Of a stretch of DNA of 64,000 bases, positions 41,523 to 50,216 are shown piece by piece; the first letter of the stretch is position 1; the number at the start of each line of letters is the position of its first letter. Below the pieces are notes generated by a model. The model was not told the DNA's origin. It searched no databases and saw only the letters and a program-made list of their open reading frames with translations. The translations under genes were made by a program, and so were the position numbers. Location: the NCBI GenBank assembly GCA_963699545.1, contig CAVOUE010000005.1, positions 96,001 through 160,000 of the forward strand, in the 5' to 3' direction. The DNA is from Nitrospirota bacterium. GTDB taxonomy: Bacteria > Nitrospirota > Thermodesulfovibrionia > Thermodesulfovibrionales > UBA9159.

Positions 41523-41828
41523 ATGACAAGAGGAAAGATCGTCGTGGTGCTCGTAGGTCTCGTTTTCTGTCTCATGGTTTCACCGGTTTTCGCAGAGGAG
41601 AGCAGGTTTGACCTTAACGCAGGAGCCGCAATAAAGGACATTTTGAAGGATCAGGTGGGAAAGCGGGTATCCATACGGTTGGATGCAGGGGAAGAAATGG
41701 AAGGGACCGTTACCAGAGTCGGTGACCAGCTGGTGCATATCTCAAAGCTTTTACGAAGGGATTTTTACGACGCCGTCGTCCGCATCGACAAGATTAATGC
41801 GGTAATAATCAAAGTGAGAGGCAACTAA
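41523..41828 (+). CDS. Small exported hypothetical protein (possible Sm-like fold)
   Basis: SD GGAGGAGG; signal peptide ending VFA; GKRVSIRLDAGEEMEGTV pattern. Confidence 0.75.
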   Translation: MTRGKIVVVLVGLVFCLMVSPVFAEESRFDLNAGAAIKDILKDQVGKRVSIRLDAGEEMEGTVTRVGDQLVHISKLLRRDFYDAVVRIDKINAVIIKVRGN

Positions 41829-43441
41829 GGGGTCACTTTTAGGATCTCGTCAAGGGCTGCGCCCTTTTTGAGTTGTCCCAGAGAAGACTCATGGTATTCA
41901 ACGATCTCTCTGATTTTAGCGAGGGTCTTTTCAGGAGGGGAAAAGGCGTCGTCGGTGTAGGCGTTCTGGCCGAGAAACTCATGGCGTATTCTCTCTGCCA
42001 TTTTCATGAGGAGCCTGTCGGCGTCCTGAAGTCCCTCTGAGCCCACGATCTCCGCCACTTCCCTCAAAGCCTCCTCACGCTGGAGCAACTCCTTGCACTT
42101 TTCCTTCATCTTCCCCCACTGCTCAGACACCTGCTCATCGAAGTATCCCGAAAGCTCCTTTTCATAGAGCGAATAGCTCTGGAACCAGTTCACCGCAGGG
42201 AAATGTCTCTTGTGAGCCAGGGACTTGTCCAGCATAAGGAATGCCCCCGTCGTCCTCAAACATGCCTGGGTGACCGGTTCTGTAAAGTCCCCTCCCGGGG
42301 GCGAAACAGAGAGGATCATGCTGAGCGAGCCGATCCTTCCCGACAATGTCTCGACCAGCCCTGCCCTCTCGAAGAAGCCTGAGAGCCTCGATGCGAGATA
42401 TGTGGGGTAGCCTTCTTCCCCGGGCATCTCCTCGAGGGACGCCGAGATCTCCCTCGCTGCCTCTGCCCACCGCGAAAGGCTGTCCGCCAGGAGCAGCACA
42501 TGGTACCCCATGTCCCGATAATATTCCGCCATCGTGACTGCGGTGTAGATGGACGCCTCACGCGCGGCCACAGGCATGTTGGATGTGTTGACCACAAGTA
42601 TGGTCCTTTCCATAAGCATCTTACCCGTCCACGGGTCCTTGAGCAGACGGAATTCGCCGATAAGTTCGGCCATCTCGTTACCGCGCTCGCCGCATCCCAC
42701 GTAGACCACGATGTCAGCATTGGCGAATTTTGCTATGGACTGCTCCAGAATGGTCTTGCCCGTACCGAAACCTCCGGGGAAAATGGCTGTCCCACCCCTT
42801 GCAAAGGGAAAGAGAAAGTCAATGCACCGTTGCCCGGTCAGCAGGGGCTCACCAGTGGCGAGCTTCTTTTTGTAAGGGCGCGGCATCCTCACCGGCCACT
42901 CATTGCATCCGTAAATGCCTGTTCCGTCCTCGAGCTCAGCAATGGTCTCATCAAGGCTCACCTCACCATCTGCGATCCATGAGATCCTGCCGGACCGATA
43001 GACTGAAACGAAATGCCTGAAACTCCCCTCCTCTATGCATCCGATGATCTCTCCCCTCTTCACCTCGGCGCCCTTTTGCGTGAGGGGAGAAAATCTCCAC
43101 TTCTTCAGATAATCCAGGGCATAGATCTCCCTGCCTCCGGTTATGAAAGGGCCCATCTCCTCCCTCAGCCTTTCAAGGGGTCTCTGGAGCCCGTCGAACA
43201 TGCCGCAGAGAAGTCCGGGTCCCAGCCGCACCGTCAGGGGCATACCCACACCCTTCACCGGTTCTCCAATACCCAGCCCTTTGGTGCTTTCATAAACCTG
43301 GACCACTGCCCTGTCTTTATCAAGCCTTACCACTTCACCCGTGAGCATGGAATGGCCCACATAGACGCGGTCATAGAGCTTCAGCCCTCCCATTTCGACA
43401 CTGACCGTCGGTCCTGATATGCCCCGTATGCGTCCGATCAC
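41825..43441 (-). CDS. atpA: V/A-type ATP synthase catalytic subunit A
   Basis: PGGFGTGKT Walker A, GCGERGNE, NTSNMPVAAREASIY, EEMPGEEGYP.YL, SPPGGDF.EPVTQ. Confidence 0.97.
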   Translation of the reverse strand: MIGRIRGISGPTVSVEMGGLKLYDRVYVGHSMLTGEVVRLDKDRAVVQVYESTKGLGIGEPVKGVGMPLTVRLGPGLLCGMFDGLQRPLERLREEMGPFITGGREIYALDYLKKWRFSPLTQKGAEVKRGEIIGCIEEGSFRHFVSVYRSGRISWIADGEVSLDETIAELEDGTGIYGCNEWPVRMPRPYKKKLATGEPLLTGQRCIDFLFPFARGGTAIFPGGFGTGKTILEQSIAKFANADIVVYVGCGERGNEMAELIGEFRLLKDPWTGKMLMERTILVVNTSNMPVAAREASIYTAVTMAEYYRDMGYHVLLLADSLSRWAEAAREISASLEEMPGEEGYPTYLASRLSGFFERAGLVETLSGRIGSLSMILSVSPPGGDFTEPVTQACLRTTGAFLMLDKSLAHKRHFPAVNWFQSYSLYEKELSGYFDEQVSEQWGKMKEKCKELLQREEALREVAEIVGSEGLQDADRLLMKMAERIRHEFLGQNAYTDDAFSPPEKTLAKIREIVEYHESSLGQLKKGAALDEILKVTP

Positions 43442-43758
43442 AGCTTCACCTTCACGTGGTACCCAATCGCCCTCTTTATGAGTCTCATGGCATAATCCTC
43501 CACTTCAACACCTGGTCTCTCAGGGGCCGGCAGGATGAGAAGGATGCCGAACCATCTCTTTTCTAGCTCCCTGATTTTTGCCTCGCTCATACCCCGGACC
43601 AGGCGCTCATCAACTACCACAAGCCCGGCCTCCTCGTCAGCAATAACGGTCTTCAGTGTATCCTCAAGATCTTCTTCCTTAATGACAACGTGCATCGCCC
43701 CGGTGAGACTGAAGCCGTATTCTGCGTCCTGTGGCGTAATAAACACTACTTTCTTCAT
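43438..43758 (-). CDS. atpF: V/A-type ATP synthase subunit F
   Basis: GF.L.G and I.RAIG motifs; position between C and A. Confidence 0.9.
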   Translation of the reverse strand: MKKVVFITPQDAEYGFSLTGAMHVVIKEEDLEDTLKTVIADEEAGLVVVDERLVRGMSEAKIRELEKRWFGILLILPAPERPGVEVEDYAMRLIKRAIGYHVKVKL

Positions 43759-44744
43759 TGTATCAGCTCGGTCCTCAGGGCATCCCTCTCCATGTCTTTT
43801 CCGTGGAAGAGGATTCCAAGGTTCATGACCTCAAGCGAACACCTCCAGAGATAGTCCAGGATAAAGCCGACTCCCGATATCTCTCTACCCTTGTGCCGCA
43901 GGAAACGCGTCATCTCTCTATAAAGGGCATTTTCGACGGCGGTGGGGTCGGGGATTTTCACTGGTATCCCCGTCAGTGTCCGTATAAGTGATGTCACTTC
44001 AAATATATCCTCTCTCTCCAGAATGCTTCTGAAACGCCTCTGGTTCATCCTCCCCCCTTGAATGAAATGAGGGATTTCCTTCAGTTCCCACCTCAGATGT
44101 TTGTAAAGAGCGATGACATTCCTTGCGTCCACGAGGCGGCTGAAAAATTCCCTCATGACAGGATGGAGGTCCGAGTCCATGGTATATTCAAGGCACGTGT
44201 TCGTCAGGTGCTGTTCCAGACCCTTGAACCCGTCCTTTGCAAAGATCGCCTTAAGTCCCCTGAACTTCATGGAACGGGACACAAGGAAACCCTCAACGTT
44301 ATCGAGACTATCCTCTACATGATTACTGTCCATCAGGGCCTTCTTGAACGCCTTCGAAAAAAGGCTGGAAGCCAAAAGTTGCTCCATCTTTATCTCTTCG
44401 CCGGCTGCTTTATATCTGAGACAGAAGAAAAGCGTTCTGAGCTCTGAATAAAGGAAAAAAGGTCTGAATATGTTCCTCATGGACTTCTCCATCTGGAAAT
44501 AGGCCCATCGGTACTCGTGAAGGAGATATTTCCAGAGACCGGCTGAAGACGTCTCGCGGACGAACCCGCCGTATCGGGAAGGGGAAAGAGATTCCAGGGG
44601 GTCAGCGCCGAAAATGAGGGGTTCCCAGTCCACAACGAGGGAGACCCTTCTCCCCCTGAGCCTCGAAAGAAGATACTCCATGGGATATCCCCCTTCTTCC
44701 CGTTCCTGGAGAAGTTCCTTATCCCGGTATTTCTCTGTAAACAT
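43755..44744 (-). CDS. atpC: V/A-type ATP synthase subunit C (divergent)
   Basis: Y...R.R at the N-terminus, D.RN, YL....E..NL; operon position. Confidence 0.8.
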   Translation of the reverse strand: MFTEKYRDKELLQEREEGGYPMEYLLSRLRGRRVSLVVDWEPLIFGADPLESLSPSRYGGFVRETSSAGLWKYLLHEYRWAYFQMEKSMRNIFRPFFLYSELRTLFFCLRYKAAGEEIKMEQLLASSLFSKAFKKALMDSNHVEDSLDNVEGFLVSRSMKFRGLKAIFAKDGFKGLEQHLTNTCLEYTMDSDLHPVMREFFSRLVDARNVIALYKHLRWELKEIPHFIQGGRMNQRRFRSILEREDIFEVTSLIRTLTGIPVKIPDPTAVENALYREMTRFLRHKGREISGVGFILDYLWRCSLEVMNLGILFHGKDMERDALRTELIQ

Positions 44745-45288
44745 CTTTCATAATCTCCGGCAGCATCTCAGCCCATGCCCTTTCGAGCCTTCTTTCGAAG
44801 GTATTCAATACACGGACGCTCCCTTTCCCGCTGATGACTTCCAGGCCTCCCGTTATGCCGGGTTCATTGAGGATCTCTGCATCAGGAAATAATCTCCTCG
44901 CAAGCGCTCCGTCCTCCGGGTTCACCTTAACCACCTCCCAGGGGCCGCGGGGAAGCTCGTGAACAAGGGAGAGAAAGACCTCCCCGTACCGGTCATCTCT
45001 TAAGCGATTGAGAGAGTGCGCTGCCGCCTGATACAGGCGTTCAGCAAGTTCTTTTTCTGCCTTCAGCCTGTTCACACGGGCGGTATGCCCCGCCTCCGAT
45101 AGAATCGCGTCCGTCCTCTTCCTCGCCGCGGAAGACCGCTCACGGCCAGAGCTCTCTTTCATCTCACACGCCTTCCTGAGGACTTCTGCCCTTGTCGCTT
45201 CTGCCTCGGCACGGGCATCCTGCCAGATCTTCTGCGCCTTTTCCTCGCACTCCCTCCTGAGGGCGTCAATGAGCTCCTGATAACTCAT
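44719..45288 (-). CDS. atpE: V/A-type ATP synthase subunit E
   Basis: Charged coiled coil followed by I.GG......G.....NTFE.RL. Confidence 0.9.
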   Translation of the reverse strand: MSYQELIDALRRECEEKAQKIWQDARAEAEATRAEVLRKACEMKESSGRERSSAARKRTDAILSEAGHTARVNRLKAEKELAERLYQAAAHSLNRLRDDRYGEVFLSLVHELPRGPWEVVKVNPEDGALARRLFPDAEILNEPGITGGLEVISGKGSVRVLNTFERRLERAWAEMLPEIMKDVYREIPG

Positions 45289-45289
45289 C

Positions 45290-45508
45290 CTATTTGACCG
45301 TGAGGAGTATCATTGTGGCGATCACGAAGCCGAGGATCACCATGGTTTCGGGAATCGCCAGCAGAATAATAATGGTACCGCTTAACTCCGGCTTCTCAGC
45401 AAGGGTTCCCGCACCTGCTGCTCCGATCCGTGACTGTGCCCATGCAGTGGCAATGGCCGAAAGACCGATTGCCAGGGCAGCGGCAAAAGCGACGAGTACC
45501 TTTTCCAT
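45290..45508 (-). CDS. atpK: V/A-type ATP synthase proteolipid subunit K (c), single hairpin
   Basis: 72 aa with two TM helices; AWAQ..IG, AEKP and AIPET; strong SD. Confidence 0.95.
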   Translation of the reverse strand: MEKVLVAFAAALAIGLSAIATAWAQSRIGAAGAGTLAEKPELSGTIIILLAIPETMVILGFVIATMILLTVK

Positions 45509-45573
45509 AACCCTTTCCTCCTTTTTAAGCCCGGCCCCGTCCGGACGACAACGGCGGGACCGATAGCCAATGG

Positions 45574-47457
45574 TTAACGTTCCTTTTTAAAGGGATCAAA
45601 CTTTCTCCCTCCGTGTTCCATAAACTTACTAAAGAACTCCACATAGTGGAGCCTCAGGGAATGGATCGTGGGAGAGAAGACCCCGAGGATGATATTGATG
45701 ATATGGAGCAATCCGGCGGCGATGATGCCGACGACGATATCCCCGGTCATTCCTGCCAGTCTGTTCGCCACAAAGGCAAGCAGGACAGACGCCATGCCGA
45801 TGGCCATGATCCTGGCGTAGGAGACGATATTCCCTATGCTCTTCAACAGTTCCAGGGGGGCCAAAAGTCCGCCGGTAAAGAAGAGCAACGGCGTCAGCAC
45901 GAGGATGAGTATGATGATCGGCCTGTTGAGAAGCCACGGAAAAGGCTTGAAGAACGACAAAGCCAGCACCACGAGGCAGAAGATGATGAATATATTCAGG
46001 AGCTTGAAGGCCGCTTCCTTCCTCGCCCTTCTCCTCATGGCAGAGGTGAAACCGAGGAAGAGTCCCAAGGTGACATGGAAGATACCGACGCTGAAGGCAA
46101 AGGCAAGCATGGGGATGACCGCGCCCCGCCTCTCGATCCAGACGGGCTCAAGACCGAAAAGCGTATTACCAAGTTCACCGAAAAACTCCCCGTAGATGAT
46201 GCCGAAGAAGACCGAATAGAGAGAGGATATAAGCAGTATTCTTGACGCGTTCCTGACGTCATCTTTCTTCCTGTGCCGTTTGAGAATCACAAGGGAAAGA
46301 GTGAGGAGGAGGATACCGTATCCCGCGTCACCCAGGATCATGCCGAAAAAAACCGGGAAAAAGATACCGATGAACGGCGTCGGGTCAAAGGAGGTGTACT
46401 TCGGCAGGGGCAGAAGCCTTACCATGAGCTCAAAGGGACGGAAATAGGGACGGTTCCTGAGAATAATGGGGACCCTTTCCAGGTCCTCTTCGTGGATACT
46501 CTTCTCATCCAGTGCCACCTTTCCCCCGAAAGAAACGATCAATCTTCTCCTGAGGATTTCCACATCTCCGGCAGGCATCCACCCATTGATGAAGAAGCAC
46601 ATCCTGGTCTCAAAGACAGAAGCGGTCGCCCTCAGGAGCGATAGTCTCTCCTCTGCCCATTCCTTCACCCTTCGATAAATGGGAAGCCACCTCCGGGAAA
46701 ATCTCTCCAGTTCCCCGCTCACCAGTTGTATCCCGTTATCCACGTCCGCTATCCTCTTCTTTACATATATGGACTTTTCCCGGAAGGTGAGGTCACCCAT
46801 TGCCGAAGGAAAGCGGAGCTCTGGAACATGCTCATCGCTCAAGGCCTTTTTTACCTTCTCCGAGATACCCTTCTCTACGGTAATGAGCCCCACCACCGTA
46901 CCGTCCTCCTCCTCATCGGTCAGAAGCTCAAAGCGGTAATCCGTGAGCCGGGAGATCAGCTCCCTGACGCGTCCGACCATACCCGGCTCTTTTATGGTGA
47001 GACCTATGAAGTCCAGGTCCGGGGTTTCCTTTGCGCTCTCAAGGAGGGGAGAGAGGGTGTCGAGGAATGTGCCGTACCGCTTGAGTTCGTTCATCTCCTT
47101 CTGCAGTTCCTCCCTTTGCCCATGAAGGTTCCTGCATGTTGTAAGGTGTTTCTCAAGGGTCTTGCTTATGGTGTCAATAATGGGGAGGGGCTCGATATAA
47201 CTTCTTCTCACATCAATGGCCGGGAGATACGAGGCCATCTCTTCAATCTGCGCCCTCAGATTTTCAAGAAACAGCACCTCCGCAAGGGAATGCGCATCAG
47301 GGAGAAAAGCGGTAATATGCTCTTCGCACCCCTTGTCGATAAAACCGACAGTGGCGGGTTCGATCTGGAAGATGCCCAGTTCTTTCAACAGACAAAGCAC
47401 ATCTTCGAGAAGTCCTTTGGGACCGAGGATCTCGACCTTTGACATCCTGACGATCAC
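45574..47457 (-). CDS. atpI: V/A-type ATP synthase subunit I (a)
   Basis: DPTP, FFGM.LGDAGYG, SYARIMA, HSLRLHYVEFFSKF. Confidence 0.96.
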   Translation of the reverse strand: MIVRMSKVEILGPKGLLEDVLCLLKELGIFQIEPATVGFIDKGCEEHITAFLPDAHSLAEVLFLENLRAQIEEMASYLPAIDVRRSYIEPLPIIDTISKTLEKHLTTCRNLHGQREELQKEMNELKRYGTFLDTLSPLLESAKETPDLDFIGLTIKEPGMVGRVRELISRLTDYRFELLTDEEEDGTVVGLITVEKGISEKVKKALSDEHVPELRFPSAMGDLTFREKSIYVKKRIADVDNGIQLVSGELERFSRRWLPIYRRVKEWAEERLSLLRATASVFETRMCFFINGWMPAGDVEILRRRLIVSFGGKVALDEKSIHEEDLERVPIILRNRPYFRPFELMVRLLPLPKYTSFDPTPFIGIFFPVFFGMILGDAGYGILLLTLSLVILKRHRKKDDVRNASRILLISSLYSVFFGIIYGEFFGELGNTLFGLEPVWIERRGAVIPMLAFAFSVGIFHVTLGLFLGFTSAMRRRARKEAAFKLLNIFIIFCLVVLALSFFKPFPWLLNRPIIILILVLTPLLFFTGGLLAPLELLKSIGNIVSYARIMAIGMASVLLAFVANRLAGMTGDIVVGIIAAGLLHIINIILGVFSPTIHSLRLHYVEFFSKFMEHGGRKFDPFKKER

Positions 47458-47801
47458 GATGACTCCCGACCTTTTTCTGAGGAGAGTGACGGCACTATGC
47501 GGGGAATATACTTCAGGAGTATGGTTTTCAGGGCCTCGTCGCTGATGCGGGCGAGCTTTTCTGTCTCGAGGATTGAATCCCCCACTATCTCTGACGCTTG
47601 CTTCTCGGCCTCCGCGACTGTTTCATCAACGGCTTTTTTATAGCACACATCTAACTGTTCTTCTTCCCCGCCAATCTCCTCTTCCGCTTGCTTCCTTGCG
47701 CTTTCGATCCACTCGATGGACCTGCTCTTCTCCTCCCTCAGCTTCTCCTGAATCTCTCTCTCGACCTCTATCACTTTGCTGAGGATGTCTTTTTCCATCA
47801 C
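47454..47801 (-). CDS. V/A-type ATP synthase peripheral stalk subunit H/G
   Basis: Acidic coiled coil of 115 aa immediately upstream of subunit I. Confidence 0.75.
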   Translation of the reverse strand: MMEKDILSKVIEVEREIQEKLREEKSRSIEWIESARKQAEEEIGGEEEQLDVCYKKAVDETVAEAEKQASEIVGDSILETEKLARISDEALKTILLKYIPRIVPSLSSEKGRESS

Positions 47802-49018
47802 CTGGCGCCCTTTACGGGCCGCCCTCCCCTGGGAAGGATGGCGATCCCCGATGAATCGATATGCGAGGAGAGCCGGTCGGCATCGGGATTGAACCCTATA
47901 TGTTCACCCTCCTTCACAATGTTGTGCTTGTCCACAATCACCCTCCGGAGACTGCATCCCTTCTTGAGCACTGAATGGTCCATGATGATGCAGTCCTCCA
48001 CGCTCACATCGCTCTCAATAACGACACCGCTCCGGATGACGGAATCCCGTATCTTTGCCCTGTGAATCACGCTTCCCTCTCCAATGATGCTGTTTCTTAT
48101 ATCTCCTCTGAGGATCTTTGTGGACGGGCCTTCATATCCGGACGGGTGGATGCCCCACAGAGGGTTATCCAGTTCGAAGAGGGGGGATTCGCCAAGCATA
48201 TCCATATGGGCATCAAAAAAAGCCTCGATAGTGCCGACGTCCCTCCAGTAACCCTGTTCCTCGTAACGCCGGGTACCCGGTATCACGTTCGTTGCGAAGT
48301 CGTATGCAAAGACCTTCTCGGTCTCCACCAGGTCCGGTATCACATGGGCCCCGAAATCGTGCTGCTTCTTCCTCTGGGCCCTGGCGAGGGCATCGAGCAG
48401 AACCCCTGTATTGAAGACGTAATTCCCCATGGAGACATAAGCGCGTTTCGGGTCATCATGCATGGGCGTCGGTTTCTTCGGTTTCTCCTGAAAACCGACG
48501 ATCCTTTTTTCGGTGTCGGTCACAATAACGCCGAACGATGAAGCTTGCTCAACGGGTACAGGTCGGGCGGCCACAGTGACGAAGGCTTCCCGTTCCAGAT
48601 GAAAATCGATCATCTGTCGGATATCCATCCGGTAGATATGGTCCGCACCGAAGACCACAACAAGGGCGGGGGTATGCTCCCGGATAAGACTGACGTTCTG
48701 GAAAACAGCGTCCGCCGTTCCCTGGAACCACTCCGGCCCCATCCTCATCTGAGGCGGGACCACCGTCACGAAATGATCCTTGACAAAGGAAGAGAGCACC
48801 CAGTTCCGCCTTACGTGTTCGATGAGGGACTGGGACTTGTACTGAACGAGGAGATAGACCGCATAAATATGGGAGTTCACGAGGTTGCTGAGGACGAAAT
48901 CGACTATCCTGTATCTTCCCCCGAAGGGAACAGATGGTTTTGAACGAAATGACGTGAGGGGGAAAAGCCTTTCTCCTTTCCCTCCAGCGAGCACAAAAGC
49001 GAGGATCTTGGGCTGCAT
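47798..49018 (-). CDS. glgC: Glucose-1-phosphate adenylyltransferase
   Basis: LAGG.G.RL.PLT..RSKPSVPFGG.YR, GTADAV.QN, DHIY.MD, EKP, SMGNY, YWRDVGT. Confidence 0.98.
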   Translation of the reverse strand: MQPKILAFVLAGGKGERLFPLTSFRSKPSVPFGGRYRIVDFVLSNLVNSHIYAVYLLVQYKSQSLIEHVRRNWVLSSFVKDHFVTVVPPQMRMGPEWFQGTADAVFQNVSLIREHTPALVVVFGADHIYRMDIRQMIDFHLEREAFVTVAARPVPVEQASSFGVIVTDTEKRIVGFQEKPKKPTPMHDDPKRAYVSMGNYVFNTGVLLDALARAQRKKQHDFGAHVIPDLVETEKVFAYDFATNVIPGTRRYEEQGYWRDVGTIEAFFDAHMDMLGESPLFELDNPLWGIHPSGYEGPSTKILRGDIRNSIIGEGSVIHRAKIRDSVIRSGVVIESDVSVEDCIIMDHSVLKKGCSLRRVIVDKHNIVKEGEHIGFNPDADRLSSHIDSSGIAILPRGGRPVKGAR

Positions 49019-49146
49019 GCATACCTCCTGGGAGGCGTTATATCCTTACGTGGGTAAGCGTACTATCCATTCATGCCCTCTCTGTGGCCCTTTCACACGA
49101 TGGAAGCCTGTTCCGTGCGCTTTCTCTTCAAGCCATCCCTCTCTAC

Positions 49147-49175
49147 AGTATATAGGCTTCGATGCAGATGGTCAA
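49147..49175 (-). promoter_or_regulatory. Sigma70 promoter of the glgC-ATPase operon
   Basis: TTGACC (49170-49175), 17 nt spacer, TATACT (49147-49152). Confidence 0.7.
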
Positions 49176-49191
49176 GAAAAAGAACGGAACA

Positions 49192-50127
49192 TTAAAACAG
49201 GGGACGGACGCACCTTGGATCAGGAGCGCGCAGATCGCCGCAGATCAGAAGGCTGACTGCTGGACATCCTCCGTGACAGAGGGGAAAAAGTTCACATCCC
49301 CTATGGGTACAGGTATTCCCCTCGAATCTCCTGAAGAAGTCCAGTTTCGGGCTCTCCCATATCTCATCGAAACCGCTGACCAGAATATTGCCGAGCCTGA
49401 ACTCCTGGTTGCGAAAAAAGAGATAGCATGGATACACCGAACCATCCGGCAAAACGGAAAGCTTTGTTGTACCCGCAGGGCACCGGACATATTCCAGGAC
49501 GGGATAAGTGGTAACGTCCGGAATAAACCCCGAACAGAATACCCCCTTAAGACCCAGATGATCCCTCTTCAGCGGTACAAGGTCATGGAAGAACTCATAA
49601 AAAGGCCGGCAGCTTCTGAGGTCATCCCGGGACACGGCATCCGCATAAAGCAGATAATATGTGAGACCCGGCAGAAAGAGGTACTCTCTCGCCGCGTCGG
49701 TGAGTTTCCGGTCTTTCGTAGAGACACTCTTGAGCATCGGCCTGCATGTGGTGATATATCGGTGCAACTCGCCGGGAATCACCTCCGAGTGAAGAGAGAC
49801 CCCCACCCTCACCACCCCATTGTCGTACCTGCGATGAAGATGCTCAAGCAGCCGGACATCGTGACCGTTGGTACTGAGGGTGGTCCTCATTGCACGGGCA
49901 GATGCTCTTTCGACTAATTCACCCAAGCCCGGATGGAGGGTCGGTTCGCCCCCGAGAATATCCAGGCCTTGTATTCCCCTCTCGGAGAGTAGGGACACGA
50001 TCCTCTCAAAGTCGCAGACCGAGACATCAGCCTGTGAGGGGATTCCCCGATTGAAACAGAAAGAGCAGGAGAGATTGCATCTCAGCGTGCAATACAACTG
50101 AATGTAGTCGGGAACGCTTCTGTACAA
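49192..50127 (-). CDS. Radical SAM/SPASM domain protein
   Basis: CNLSCSFC and GGEP; SPASM pattern C.AG...DG.VYPC...C...C.....C.GGCP...DP.C; TTG start after GGAGG. Confidence 0.92.
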   Translation of the reverse strand: MYRSVPDYIQLYCTLRCNLSCSFCFNRGIPSQADVSVCDFERIVSLLSERGIQGLDILGGEPTLHPGLGELVERASARAMRTTLSTNGHDVRLLEHLHRRYDNGVVRVGVSLHSEVIPGELHRYITTCRPMLKSVSTKDRKLTDAAREYLFLPGLTYYLLYADAVSRDDLRSCRPFYEFFHDLVPLKRDHLGLKGVFCSGFIPDVTTYPVLEYVRCPAGTTKLSVLPDGSVYPCYLFFRNQEFRLGNILVSGFDEIWESPKLDFFRRFEGNTCTHRGCELFPLCHGGCPAVSLLICGDLRAPDPRCVRPLF

Positions 50128-50216
50128 ATGTCCTCCGCTTCTGCCCGCACTGCTCTGCACTTATTGTAGCACCCGGCTGGATTTTTGGCACTCCAGAGAG
50201 TATAATTGAACCACGT

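Noticed and set aside
16503-49917. Long antisense ORFs (16503-17432, 19939-20865, 25648-26448, 46726-47442, 49162-49917)
   Set aside because: They are shadows of well-supported genes on the opposite strand and show no motifs.
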